This document shows, one piece after another, positions 10,242 through 21,404 of a stretch of 64,000 bases of DNA (within the stretch, counting starts at the first letter, position 1; the number at the start of each line of letters is the position of its first letter). Location of the stretch: the NCBI GenBank assembly GCA_000004985.1, contig GG738897.1. One strand, given 5' to 3'. The stretch is from Naegleria gruberi (lineage: Eukaryota). A program made the translations under genes and the position numbers. The notes under the pieces were generated by a model that saw nothing but the letters and a program-made list of their open reading frames with translations, was not told the origin of the DNA and searched no databases.

Positions 10242-11572
10242 TCAATAAATTTGAGTTTGTTCATCCATTTCTCTTGTCCAACCTTTCAGCCGCCCTGGGA
10301 GCTCTTTGGGATTTGAATCATTCAACTCGAGTCGTGTTGAATTTTCCTTCAATGTCCAATAGTTTCTCAATGTTCTTACAGTATTCGAATGGGCACTACA
10401 AACTCTATCAATTGTATTTTCCTTCTCAGTGATATACCCACCTCCCATCATACTAACCAATGGAATGGTAATTGCCCTATTCGTATCAGTGTGAAATAGT
10501 GGATCATGGAGAGCCATTCTCTCGGCAAATTCTGCAACCATTTGATCTCTTTTGAGAACTCCCTCGAGGGAAAGCGACAATCTTCCCAATCTATCACCTT
10601 GTAAAACATCCACACCAGATTGGAAAAAGATGAAATCAATCTTTCCCCTATGTTCCTGTTCGAGAGTATCCAAACAATCAGAAAGAATTCTCAAATAGGT
10701 CTCGTCTTTCATATTATCTTCTAATTCTACATCCCAATCACTTTTTTCCTTATGAATTGGAAAATTATGTTTACAATGCATGGAGAATGTGAAAGATTTT
10801 CCTGAATGCAATAATCTACATAAATTAGAAGTACCATCTCCTTGGTGAACATCCAAATCAATTACCAAATATTTCCTTCCCTCTCCAATAGCTCCAGAAT
10901 TAATTAAATATTGACCTGCTATAACAATATCATTCCAAATACAATAGCCAGATCCTCTATCATAAAAACTGTGATGTCCTCCACCTGCTAAATTGGAACT
11001 TCTCCTAGATTCGTTTAAATTGAGTGCATCCTTAGTGGCACATACTGTAAAATTAATATAACCATTGATAATATAAATGTGAAATTACTCATTCACAACA
11101 ATCCATAAATACAGAAAAACTTACAAGTAGCTCCAATTGTGTGAATAACTCTATTTCTGACTGCTTCATTCCATTCTCCAAATCCAATTCTCTTCATATC
11201 TTTCGGAGAGATGGTACCATCAAGAAATTTATCCACAAAATCATGATCATGAACTTGTTTAACTAAATCTATCGGAATGGGATCTGGTACTTTAATTTCA
11301 GTCTTTAAAACAGCATTAGATTCGGAGAGTGCCTTTGGTACTTGAATCCATTTTGCTTTAAGTGTGTGATGAGTGGGAAGAGTGAATTTTGCTGATGAGT
11401 AACATGAGAAGAATCCATTACTATTGTTATTATTTTCAATAAATTGATTGTTATTGATATTATTATTGGTAGTATTTAATTGGTGAGAGGAGTGATGATA
11501 ATATCTGAGAGGGATGCATGTTGATGATTTGAAAGTCCGAACAGGAAGTGAAAGAGTTTTCCCTCTTATCAT
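10242..11572 (-). CDS. Histone deacetylase, class IV (HDAC11-like), with an N-terminal mitochondrial-presequence-like extension. Two exons.
   Basis: Exons are 11572..11124 and 11044..10242 (GTAAGT...TTTTACAG). The spliced product ...RNRVIHTIGAT-L-CATKDALNLNESRRSSNLAGGGHHSFYDRGSGYCIWNDIVIAGQYL...VIDLDVHQGDGTS...GGGY aligns closely with human HDAC11 (GGGFHHCSSDRGGGFCAYADITLAI...IIDLDAHQGNG...SGGY). The N-terminus MIRGKTLSLPVRTFKSS... is basic, hydroxylated and free of acidic residues. Confidence 0.85.
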
Positions 11573-11660
11573 CTTCTAAACAATTTTTTCTGCATGCTAA
11601 TTAAAGTTTGTTACAATCTTATTCAAGTATGCAGAATTGAAGGCGTAATGCAAAGATATC

Positions 11661-12884
11661 TCAACATGTCACAGTAATGGAAATGTCAGAAATAAATCTA
11701 CTTTTTGGACGATTGAGAGCAGAATGCAATAATTGTTGCAAGACTTGGGCTCCCTTAGAATAAAATACAATTCCCTGAGGAAGAACTTGGAATTGGCAAT
11801 TTGGTGTTGGTATTTGGGAGTATCTAATTAAACATGGAGAGTCATTCATGATCATTAGCATTGAATTGTCCTTGTAGTGCATTACTTCAACATCTCTTTC
11901 TACGAATACTTCATCGTATGGAATAGTTCTGGATCGATCCTCTTCCACACATAGACTTTCTTTCAACTGTCTTTCAGTACCGTATTTTGATTTAGTTCTT
12001 CCAAATATATGATAATTTCCAGATTTTGATTTCAGTACGGAAAGACAGGAACCAAGACCTACTGATACCACTGGAAATCCCAAATTATCATTTACACAAA
12101 CATCTTTCACTGTTCTTGGTTGAGTCGTCTCATTATAACCGTTCGATCCACCTGAAACAATTCTACCATCTTTCAATACAGCTATGAAGAAGAAATTTCC
12201 TGATTTGAGAGAAATAACATCCTCAGGGCATCTGTACACTAAATTAGACCAATTGTGAGGAGTGGCATTTGAACTTGATGAATTCCAATTCTGACCACAA
12301 ATGTGAATATCTCTATTATCAATCACACAAACACTGTAAGAGAAACAGCATGAAATGTGAGTAATTCTACTCGAAGGTTTCAATTCTTTGTGAGGAATGA
12401 AAATAGGTTGACTTAAATCAGCATCATCCTTAAACCTTTGAAGTTCCTTAGATCCATGTCCGAATAAATATGTTTCTCCAGTTTTTACATCTTCCATCAA
12501 GATGATAGCATGATCAGTATAGGTTGCAATTTCAACAGCTCTCAATGCCTCATTAAATTTCTTCCCAATTTCCATCTCTTTTGGTTGTTCATCATCAGTT
12601 ATGGTATAAATTTTTCTACTCCAACGATCCATCACCCACAATGTGGACAATGACGATACAATACATCCAATTTCCCTCAGTGCTGGAATATTATACTCCC
12701 TTATCATCTTTTTCACGTTTACATCGACAATCTTCTTTCCAAAAGGCTCCGAACAACAAACTCTCACCTCTTCATTCTGATATTGGAATGGAAAACTCTG
12801 AATAAAATCAATTTGACCCTCCTTAAAATCATCCCATTTCAATTTTTGGGAGAGCAAACTTGTTGGTAAGAGGTAGAAAATCAT
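11661..12884 (-). CDS. RCC1-like repeat protein, 407 aa.
   Basis: ATG at 12884. It contains repeated Gly-rich beta-propeller-like units (HICGQNWNSS, RIVSGGSNGYNETTQP, SVGLGSCLSVLKSKSGNYHIFG). Length and architecture are similar to the 35001..36188 gene, so the two are probable paralogues. Confidence 0.45.
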   Translation of the reverse strand: MIFYLLPTSLLSQKLKWDDFKEGQIDFIQSFPFQYQNEEVRVCCSEPFGKKIVDVNVKKMIREYNIPALREIGCIVSSLSTLWVMDRWSRKIYTITDDEQPKEMEIGKKFNEALRAVEIATYTDHAIILMEDVKTGETYLFGHGSKELQRFKDDADLSQPIFIPHKELKPSSRITHISCCFSYSVCVIDNRDIHICGQNWNSSSSNATPHNWSNLVYRCPEDVISLKSGNFFFIAVLKDGRIVSGGSNGYNETTQPRTVKDVCVNDNLGFPVVSVGLGSCLSVLKSKSGNYHIFGRTKSKYGTERQLKESLCVEEDRSRTIPYDEVFVERDVEVMHYKDNSMLMIMNDSPCLIRYSQIPTPNCQFQVLPQGIVFYSKGAQVLQQLLHSALNRPKSRFISDISITVTC

Positions 12885-13134
12885 TTTTTTTTATTGTTGC
12901 TGGTGAGGAATACAAAAAGAATTCATTTCGGTGTTGGTCGGTGGAAATTAAGGAAATACAAAATATTGTAAAGTGTACTTTGAACTCCAATAGAATGTGA
13001 GCCTTTTTACAACATATGTTAAGATAAGTGAGTTGTCTATGGATCTTTGAAACATGGAGATTGTTTGAGGTGAACTATGCATATAGAGATGTGCTGTTTC
13101 GAATATTTTTATTAAAAAAACAACTATTAAAAAA

Positions 13135-14913
13135 ATGGTGAAGGATAAATCTCTGAAAAGCTTGAGAGAAGTTGCTTTGGAATATTCGGATGATATTTCA
13201 CCTAATAATTTTAAAGAAAGAATTTGGAGATTAACAATGCCAGTTTCTTTCAGCAAGATTCGACCAGATTTCTCCCAAGTTAATTTACAAAAATTGCCCT
13301 CTCACGATATTCTATTCAATTTATGCTTAAATTATTTGGAAATTTGGGAAATATTTAAACTTGTCAAGAGTTGCAAATTTTGTTATTGGAGTTTGCTTGA
13401 TGATGAAGAATTATTTTGGAGGCAAATTTCAAAACGAGATGGATTTATTGGAATGACTGATGAAACTACAACTGGAGAGGAATGTTCACGGATTTATTGT
13501 AATTTGTGGGCTTCTTGTTTGGAATTTGAAACTTTATCTAATTCTGCATTTGTTGAAAGTTCTTCGTTCAGTACGAAGGCAGTTTCTAATAATCCACAAT
13601 TATTTCTCAATTTCAAAAAGAGAATTAACGGAGATTTCAATCAATATTTGTATATTATGATGAGTGAAGGAAAGAAACGATTTTTTATTCAGAAATATTT
13701 AGTTGCTTTTGGATTTTTGAGACTTAACAGAGGTGAAGAGATGAAACTTTCATTCCAAAAGACTTTAACGAAACTGTTTCAAATTCTTTGTTGGAAGGAG
13801 GATGGAGCCACATTTGAGGTTGGGCTTGATTACGAGAAAACCATTGTGTGTAATCTTGTTGGATTGGCCTTTGAGACAAGATTTAAATATTTGGAGGAGG
13901 AATTCAAGAATGAAGTGGAAATTTTCTTTATCAAACATGCAGCCTTTAGGGTCTCATGTCCTAAAATCATTACTGTTGAATCTTTTTATGACAGAGCTAT
14001 CAAAATTATGGAAAGAAAATGTAGGGAGAATTATAATTGGAATAGTTGTTATGACTTGTTGGTTGAATTATTGAAAAATCCAAAATCCAAACTGAAAAGA
14101 TCAAATGATTACATTCTGATTGTAAGGTGTTTCATGTCTTGCACTATTAGGAGAGAGTATTCCATTAAATTGGTTGTGAATCTATTGAAAAATGATAACC
14201 TATTCGACCACTTACCAATCTATGAATTGGTTTGCAAAGGTTTGAAGTGGTTTGATCCAGTTATTTTTGACAAGTTGACACACGAAAAATTCTACTCACT
14301 TGGTTGTAAAGAATACTACATTGAAATATTGACCGATTACATTACTACTTGTGAGCCACTTGATTTGAGTATACGCCAAAGAGCTCTGGAACGTATATTA
14401 TTCATTTTCAATGATCCAACAGTTCAACTACTTGAACCAATACCCTACAAGTTACTAAAATCAATTGAACAGAGCTCATCTCGTTTGAATTTTGAAACAA
14501 AAGAGTTAGAGGATTGTTTTTTTAATAGTTGGAGGAAAATTAAACTTGTCCCAGAGTTACAAATGGCCAAGGATTTATATGGAAAAAACCACAAGAGAAT
14601 GGTGGATCAATTGTTCGAGTTGAAATTGAATCCAACAACTGATCCATCACTTGTGGGCGAAATGTTTGAAATACTCACAACCCATGGACAGACACTTGGT
14701 GAAACAGAGATGGAATCTCAATTATTTCATTGGAAGTTTACTGAATTTTTTGTTGATTATTGTTTACATGGAGAGTTCAAAGATACTTACAATATTCAAT
14801 TAGCTTACAGATACCTCTCTATGAAATATCCTACTGGAGTAACAGCAATGTTGGAGGCCATGCAACACGCTGAGAAGAAGAGTCAAACAAGGTCTCATAC
14901 TCTCAAAAAGTAA
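13135..14913 (+). CDS. F-box domain protein, 592 aa.
   Basis: ATG at 13135. The N-terminal LPSHDILFNLCLNYLEIWEIFKLVKSCKFCYWSLLDDEELFWRQI matches the F-box consensus (LP.eil..If..L.......VcK.W..l..d..lW). The rest is unassigned. Confidence 0.5.
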   Translation: MVKDKSLKSLREVALEYSDDISPNNFKERIWRLTMPVSFSKIRPDFSQVNLQKLPSHDILFNLCLNYLEIWEIFKLVKSCKFCYWSLLDDEELFWRQISKRDGFIGMTDETTTGEECSRIYCNLWASCLEFETLSNSAFVESSSFSTKAVSNNPQLFLNFKKRINGDFNQYLYIMMSEGKKRFFIQKYLVAFGFLRLNRGEEMKLSFQKTLTKLFQILCWKEDGATFEVGLDYEKTIVCNLVGLAFETRFKYLEEEFKNEVEIFFIKHAAFRVSCPKIITVESFYDRAIKIMERKCRENYNWNSCYDLLVELLKNPKSKLKRSNDYILIVRCFMSCTIRREYSIKLVVNLLKNDNLFDHLPIYELVCKGLKWFDPVIFDKLTHEKFYSLGCKEYYIEILTDYITTCEPLDLSIRQRALERILFIFNDPTVQLLEPIPYKLLKSIEQSSSRLNFETKELEDCFFNSWRKIKLVPELQMAKDLYGKNHKRMVDQLFELKLNPTTDPSLVGEMFEILTTHGQTLGETEMESQLFHWKFTEFFVDYCLHGEFKDTYNIQLAYRYLSMKYPTGVTAMLEAMQHAEKKSQTRSHTLKK

Positions 14914-15018
14914 ATATCTTTTGTAATGGATCTATATCTGGTTGAGTAATACATTTTGTAATGGTGGCCCAAAACAGGAACGAAAATACTAAACACTATT
15001 AATACAAAATACAAAAAA

Positions 15019-15684
15019 ATGGCGCCTCTAAATCTCTCCATTCTCATTACAGTGCTCTGTGAAGTTCTTTTCATATCGAGTTGTCTCTTCGCCATTCAAA
15101 AAACATTGCAATACAAACCAAAGAATTTTCATGCATTTATCATTCTATTCGGATCATTGGCAAGTGCTTCCGTGTTGGGTATTGTCAAGTTTGCTCATCT
15201 AAATGATCATTTGGCTTCTTATCATCAAGGAATGAGTGAAATTGTTGGGCATTATATCATGTCCATGATGTTGCCTCTTGGAGTTTTTCAATCATTGGAC
15301 TGTTTTCCAATTAGCATTTCAAGACAAGTTGGAAATTACATTATGGGAATAATGTTGGGTCTGATTGCCTTGTTGAGTTTGAATAGAGGATTCCTATTGG
15401 TCAACTTTGGAATTAAAGATGAAATTATTGTAATGGTTGGCATGTCCATTAGTATTCTCCTAGCCCTTTATGGATGGTTCGTATCCAACAGATCTACTGC
15501 CATTTACAAGAGTAAGAATTTAATCTATTGCATTGTTGCCATGTCTATTGCAGATATGATTCTAACCAAACACTTGTTAGATTCAGTGAATTTCACTCCT
15601 TTTACTAATATTGATTTATTTCATATTGCATTCTCCGTAGCTATTTTCTTTCTTTCTAACGTTTCTTCTGGAGTTTCCTTCTAA
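15019..15684 (+). CDS. Small multi-pass membrane protein, 221 aa.
   Basis: ATG at 15019. There are six hydrophobic segments. No conserved motif recognised. Confidence 0.45.
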   Translation: MAPLNLSILITVLCEVLFISSCLFAIQKTLQYKPKNFHAFIILFGSLASASVLGIVKFAHLNDHLASYHQGMSEIVGHYIMSMMLPLGVFQSLDCFPISISRQVGNYIMGIMLGLIALLSLNRGFLLVNFGIKDEIIVMVGMSISILLALYGWFVSNRSTAIYKSKNLIYCIVAMSIADMILTKHLLDSVNFTPFTNIDLFHIAFSVAIFFLSNVSSGVSF

Positions 15685-16238
15685 TTACATCATATCTATA
15701 TAATCAAATTATTAAGGGAAAATCCCAAAAGTCCTCACTGCAATTAATTTAATAAGATATTTAACCTTCCCAAAAAGGCAATACTACTCCTAAGATTTTC
15801 CAAAAATAAAATTTCCCTTTGAGCCTTTGACCCCTCTCCACAACACATCGTTTGCTTATTAAGCACAGGAGAGCAAGTGCTCATTGAATTTTACGGAGAG
15901 GTGTTGTTCAGTTTTTTTGCGCTCTAACCGTAGTTGAAAAGTTTATTATTATTGTTGCTTGACAACATGTTCTTCACCTAGTTGTGCGTAACAGACCATC
16001 AAGCAACATCAAAAAAAAGAGAAAAACAAGTTGTTTATTGTTCAGCTGCTCTCTTTCATAGGATTTCTTAAGAGTAAAAAAAAAGTTTACGACCTAACAA
16101 GTGCTCACTTGTTGTTTTTGCTTAGTGCCATCATTCCTTATTAAATATTGCGAGTAGTAGTGGTTTTTTTACTGCTGAAAGGTTTAATGATCATCATTGA
16201 GGAAATATTATAGAACAATATTATTCAAATTATTCGGA

Positions 16239-18318
16239 ATGCCTAACCTTCAAAATCCTCAATTACCTGACTTTTTAGAACCATTGTGGGTTCCTGCTCT
16301 CTTCAAAATTGAAGCAAAGGATGATTTGTGGGGAATCTTAAAGACTGAAGACGAATCGATTGATGAATCATCTCGTGCCCTTGATTCGACCACACCTCAC
16401 AGTGATGATTCGCTGTTCAATGTAAAGAGAGGAAAGAAGAAGCAATACACTCTTAATGAGCTGAGAGATAGATCTCATCAGAGTATGATATTGGTAAGTT
16501 CGGAGAGTAGATAATAATTCTTAACATTTATACTCTTAGAATAATTTTGGTGATGCTCTCTCGTTCTTTGAAAAGTATCTCATCAAGAAGGCCTCGTTGA
16601 AACAAACATCTCAAGAAGAATCTACTCGAGACCAAACATCATCAAGCTCGGAGGCAATCAATGGCCTCACATTCAATGGTCTTACTCTCAAAATTTATGT
16701 AATTATTGGTTGCAACCTTGCCTTTGAATATACAAATAAGGGAAATATTTCAACAGCTGTGGATGTTCTCCTGAACACATTCGATATTGTAAATGAAAAC
16801 TTGAAGAAAATTGTAAAGAGATCAAAAATACAGAGCGCCTCTAGAGCCTCCTCCTCTAATAGTACTTCCAGAGCAACATCTGCAACTGGATCTAGGTCTA
16901 AAAAGCTAAAAGAAGAAAAGGAACAGCTAAATTTTATGAAGGCAGTTTTGGCTTTCAACATTTCGAGTCTCATGATGAGGAGAAAAAAGTATAATTCATC
17001 TCTTAATTTTGCAAAAATTGCATTGAAGAAGTTTTCACATTATGGAAATTCCGAATATTCCTCCTTCTTCTACTTGAATGTAGCTACTGTATTGTGTCTG
17101 ATGAAGAATTATGCAGATGCTCAAGTAGTCCTTGTTGATTGCCTCATCATCATTCGGTATCTCAAATATCACAAAGGCAAGGAATTCATGACTGGTTCGG
17201 GACACTTTAAGCTGTCTCTTATTTGGACAGGTTCTCAAACACCTCAAGATTTATCAAAGAGTGTCGAGGAAGAATTGGTTCAACCAAAAGTGCAAGACGT
17301 CTACATTGATAATTGGACATTTATCATGAAAATAGTAGCCTATCACAACTTTTCTCTCTGTAAAGCACATTTCCAATCCTATACAAAGGCAGTGAAACTT
17401 TGTACCAAGGCCCTTGATATTGCAAAACCAATATTCAGTGTTTTGGAAAATAATGTAATTCCATCTCTGGCAAAAACCCTTAAATACGCAAAGAGAATGG
17501 GAGAGACAGCATCTGCATATGCAGGTAATATTCTCCTGAGGCCTTCTTTGGAACCAGAACAAATTTTGCAACAGCTCACAACAGTTGTGGAGGTGAAGAA
17601 AAAGCTAGTGGAACTTTTACCATTCCTTAGTAAAATGGAAGGATTTAAAGATCTCAATATTCTAACTGAAGAAGATGAAGATGAGTTCTTGAGAAAGACC
17701 ACTCAAAGCAGTCAATCAACCAGATCAGCTGCTGAGAGCACAGTTTCAGACACTGACAAGTTTTTACTCAAATCTTCACTGAAAAACACAATTATTGCTG
17801 CAAGAAATGAAACAGGAATATCATCTTCAGTTAAGAAGAAGACTCCCACAAAGAGTGGTACTGCCTCCAGAGTTGTTTTGCCACCAGTAAAGAAGAGACA
17901 AATTCAAACATCAAATACAGTGGGAAATATGTCACTCAACAATACTAGTAATAATGTAAATACAGATACACCTCCTCAACAGAAGGTTAAACCAAAATCT
18001 GCTCCAAAACCAAAGAAGGTACCTTCAGCAAAGAAAACCAAAAAGGCAGAGGAAATTGTTGCGGAGGTTGTCACCACATTGACAGAAAAAAAGGACGAGG
18101 AAAAGAAACTCATGGAAGAGAAACTTGAAATTGATCCACATGTTGTCCAAGCTGTTATTAAGGTTCAACAATTTTTCAGAAAGGTACTCGCCAGAAAGAG
18201 AGCAGCATCTGTTAAATCACAAAAGGAACAACAGTTACGGGACTTCCTTGCTGAGGAGAGAAAATGGTTCGAGCAAAATATGGATCAATTTGATACTCTT
18301 CTGAAAGAGGAAGAATAA
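16239..18318 (+). CDS. Lys/Ser-rich protein with a C-terminal IQ calmodulin-binding motif. Two exons.
   Basis: Exon 1 is 16239..16493, ending at TTG|GTAAGT. Exon 2 is 16540..18318, after the acceptor CTCTTAG. Both are in phase (...HQSMIL|NNFGDALSFFEKYLIKKASLKQTSQEE...). The IQ motif is IKVQQFFRKVLARKR near the C-terminus. The track start at 16197 is TTG. The first ATG is at 16239. Confidence 0.55.
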
Positions 18319-18354
18319 ACCAATAATTTCAACACTCAGCTGTACTTCTCCCTA

Positions 18355-19710
18355 TCAATAATCTTTTACAGTTGCCGAATCAATAACCAATGAGTGGTGG
18401 TCTTGTAAATTGGATCTAGCTAGTTTAGGAGCCATTAGCTTCAAGCTTTCCAATAGTGATTGTATCTTCTCTGTAGAAAAAAAGAAGTTTCCAATTTCCA
18501 AATGATAAAGGTTTGATAACATTCCACCACCAAACTTGAAATCATCGACTTGTCTGTATCTACTAATCCTTCGTTCCGCTCTAAAATACTCAATCTGAGT
18601 AAATTCACCTATTCTCGAGTAGAAATCTCCAGATATATGATGACAAACACCAAGGTCCAAATGTTTTAATTTAGGAAGAGCCTTCAAGAATCCATACAAT
18701 CCTTCATCATTAATAGAAACTCCAATAAATCCATATTGTTGATCAATTCTAATAGAAATTTTTTCAAGATTAGGACACATTCTAGTTATGTGCATCAATA
18801 TATTTGTATCACAATAGTTATGAAAAACTATTTCCAGATCCACCAAATTAGGTGTCACCTTGAGAATATCAATAACATGTTTTTGAGATGTTTCATAATC
18901 CAACAAGCAGTTAGATACAATTCTCAATTTTTTCAACGAGGTCAGTAGTGGACACTCATAGACATCTTCATAGTTGTCATCTGAAGCAGATAGACCAAAT
19001 AAAACCTCCAAATTCTCCACCAAATAACAAAATCTCAACACATAATACATGTCACTGAAAAAGCGCTCGAAATTCAATTTTAAATTCTTCATAAAGAAAC
19101 CAAGTGGAATTGTTATAATTTCAGTTTCCTTAACTATTCGTTTCTCCCCAATTGTTGACTCAAATTCATTTGCATTGCTAAATGTATCAAATCCAACAGC
19201 TGGTTGCAACACAACTAATGGAATTTTTCTTTTTTCATAAATGGAATCAACATTTCTAACCTCTATTTCGAAATACATCTTTTCCTCAGCAGAACTAAAG
19301 AAATTAAATTCCAATTTTTCAGAAAGAAGATTTAAATTTCCTCTATATTGTTCGGCTATTTTAGTGAATAATCCAAAATTAAATCCATCATGTTCAATAA
19401 CCACAGATTTGCAAATTCTCAATATTGTTGCAATTAACCAATGTTCATGTTGATTTTTTGCATATTCAACAGCCATCGGATACATGATCGAAATCCAATC
19501 ACGAATGATTGAATAATTTCTCTGGCACGTGATTGAATAATTTATCAATCCACCAAACGTCAGAAATTTAAACATGTAATTTAATTCATCACTCGCCAAT
19601 CGATCGAGAATTATCTCGGAATGATCATTTGAAATTTTTGTTTTTTTAGCCTTTTCCATATTTTCCAATGAAAAATCGGAGAGAGTTTCATTATGTGAAC
19701 GTTTAGACAT
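18355..19710 (-). CDS. F-box/LRR-repeat protein, 451 aa.
   Basis: ATG at 19710. It has an N-terminal F-box-like helix (IILDRLASDELNYMFKFLTFGGLINYSITCQRNYSIIRDWI). C-terminal cysteine-containing LRRs (LKKLRIVSNCLL, CPNLEKISIRID, LPKLKHLDLGVCHHISGD) are typical of FBXL proteins. Confidence 0.65.
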   Translation of the reverse strand: MSKRSHNETLSDFSLENMEKAKKTKISNDHSEIILDRLASDELNYMFKFLTFGGLINYSITCQRNYSIIRDWISIMYPMAVEYAKNQHEHWLIATILRICKSVVIEHDGFNFGLFTKIAEQYRGNLNLLSEKLEFNFFSSAEEKMYFEIEVRNVDSIYEKRKIPLVVLQPAVGFDTFSNANEFESTIGEKRIVKETEIITIPLGFFMKNLKLNFERFFSDMYYVLRFCYLVENLEVLFGLSASDDNYEDVYECPLLTSLKKLRIVSNCLLDYETSQKHVIDILKVTPNLVDLEIVFHNYCDTNILMHITRMCPNLEKISIRIDQQYGFIGVSINDEGLYGFLKALPKLKHLDLGVCHHISGDFYSRIGEFTQIEYFRAERRISRYRQVDDFKFGGGMLSNLYHLEIGNFFFSTEKIQSLLESLKLMAPKLARSNLQDHHSLVIDSATVKDY

Positions 19711-19813
19711 TTTTTTTAATTGATTTGTTTACAACGCTGAAATGCAGCAATTAAAGGTATTGAGCTAATGTCATATTTATATAATATCCTTATTTCTAGA
19801 TAACTTACAGAAA

Positions 19814-19885
19814 TCCCGTGTGGTCCAATGGCTAAGATACCTGGCTCTCACCCAGGAGATCCGGGTTCAATTCCCGGCACGGGAG
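19814..19885 (+). tRNA. tRNA-Glu (anticodon CUC)
   Basis: The sequence TCCCGTGTGGTCCAATGGCTAAGATACCTGGCTCTCACCCAGGAGATCCGGGTTCAATTCCCGGCACGGGAG folds as a cloverleaf. The acceptor stem is TCCCGTG/CACGGGA. The anticodon stem is CCTGG/CCAGG with loop CTCTCAC (anticodon CTC). The T-arm is CCGGG-TTCAATT-CCCGG. It closely resembles eukaryotic cytosolic tRNA-Glu. Confidence 0.85.
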
Positions 19886-20033
19886 GATTAATTTTAAACT
19901 TTCACGATTTTTCTTTCTATTTTCCAAATAACACTTTTTAATTTCTTTTTAATGATGAACTCTCTATTTTCATACACATTCAAATTTTCAATCTCCAGAA
20001 ATAACATAATCTCATTACAAAAAAAATGAAAAG

Positions 20034-21389
20034 ATGAGAAGGGGAAGAAAAATAATTCACAGCCATTCATCATCTGACGACGAGGACTATGAAGAAAACG
20101 AACCACAACAAAAACACTATTCAGAATCATCATCAGCTTCCGAATATTCATCCTCCGATGATGATGAATCAAACAATTCAAAAAACAAGAGAAAATCAAG
20201 AGTTTCATCATCCCGATCAAAACCTTCCCTATCACTAACTACATCAGCATCATCATCATCAACAAGAAAACAACAACAACAAACAAAGCAATCTAATTCT
20301 TCCTCTTCTACTTCATCATCATCATCAAGAATAATACGTAGAATTTCAAATCATCATGTAAAAAAACATCAAGCTGTTGATTGGGAGGTTTTAAAACAAA
20401 TTCTTGTCAAACGAAGACAAATCTATGATTTAGAATTGAAAAAGGCACAATTGGAGAGGGAAGCTTCTCGGAAGGCCATGTCTCTGGAAGGATCTGTGAA
20501 TAATCAGGATGAAGTTTCACCCTATTTGAAATATCCATCTTCAGTATTGTTGATGCTTTTGCAACATCAGGAATCGGAAGAACAACATTGTGCTGAGGAA
20601 GAGGAAAAGAAAAAGAAGGAAAAACGTAAGAAATCATCATCGAGTAAATCATCAAATAGTGTTGATAAAAGGTCAGCAGAATTTTCATCGTCATCCACAT
20701 TGAATGATGGTGATTCAGAATTGGATTCTACTGCACTTCCATCGGAACCAATCATGTTAACAGAATCAACAATTCCAAAACATTGTGTTCCAATAAGGAC
20801 CGATGTGAGAAATATGAATTGGAAAGCATTGGCAAGAGTGGCTCAATTTGATGTCATCTTAATGGATCCACCTTGGCAATTGGCAACTTCAAATCCATTG
20901 AGAGGTGTTGCAATTAGTTATAAACCACTCTCTGATAAGCACATTCAGAGTATGGACATTTCATCACTGCAGGAAAAGAATGGTGGATTTCTGTTTGTGT
21001 GGGTGATCAATGCCAAGTATGTAAAAACTTTGGAAATGATTGAAAAGTGGGGATATAAATTTGTAGATGAGATTACCTGGGTCAAACAAACGAAACACAG
21101 ACGTCTAGCCAAAGGCCATGGCTATTACTTGCAACATGCTAAGGAAAATTGTATCATTGCCATTAAGAATACCACTCCAGAGAGGGAAAAGGAAATGATG
21201 GAAGCTGCTCGACAGAAAGTGACCAGTCTCTGTGATGTCATTCTCAGTGATAGAAGAGGTCAATCTCAAAAACCTGAAGATTTGTATCATTTTATTGAGC
21301 AAATGGTACCTGATGGAAAGTATTTGGAAATATTTGGAAGAAGAAACAATTTAAGAGATTATTGGGTAACTATTGGCAATGAGTTATAA
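20034..21389 (+). CDS. N6-adenosine (m6A) RNA methyltransferase of the MT-A70 family, catalytic METTL3/IME4-like.
   Basis: ATG at 20034. The catalytic DPPW motif appears in DVILMDPPWQLATSNP. The downstream sequence GGFLFVWVINAKYVKTLEMIEKWGYKFVDEITWVKQTKHRRLAKGHGYYLQHAKENCIIAIKN...YLEIFGRRNNLRDYWVTIGNEL aligns with METTL3 (DPPWDI...[38 protein letters not shown]...IELFGRPHNVQPNWITLGNQL). The N-terminus is Ser/Asp-rich and low-complexity. Confidence 0.85.
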   Translation: MRRGRKIIHSHSSSDDEDYEENEPQQKHYSESSSASEYSSSDDDESNNSKNKRKSRVSSSRSKPSLSLTTSASSSSTRKQQQQTKQSNSSSSTSSSSSRIIRRISNHHVKKHQAVDWEVLKQILVKRRQIYDLELKKAQLEREASRKAMSLEGSVNNQDEVSPYLKYPSSVLLMLLQHQESEEQHCAEEEEKKKKEKRKKSSSSKSSNSVDKRSAEFSSSSTLNDGDSELDSTALPSEPIMLTESTIPKHCVPIRTDVRNMNWKALARVAQFDVILMDPPWQLATSNPLRGVAISYKPLSDKHIQSMDISSLQEKNGGFLFVWVINAKYVKTLEMIEKWGYKFVDEITWVKQTKHRRLAKGHGYYLQHAKENCIIAIKNTTPEREKEMMEAARQKVTSLCDVILSDRRGQSQKPEDLYHFIEQMVPDGKYLEIFGRRNNLRDYWVTIGNEL

Positions 21390-21404
21390 ATTATTACACG
21401 ATTA

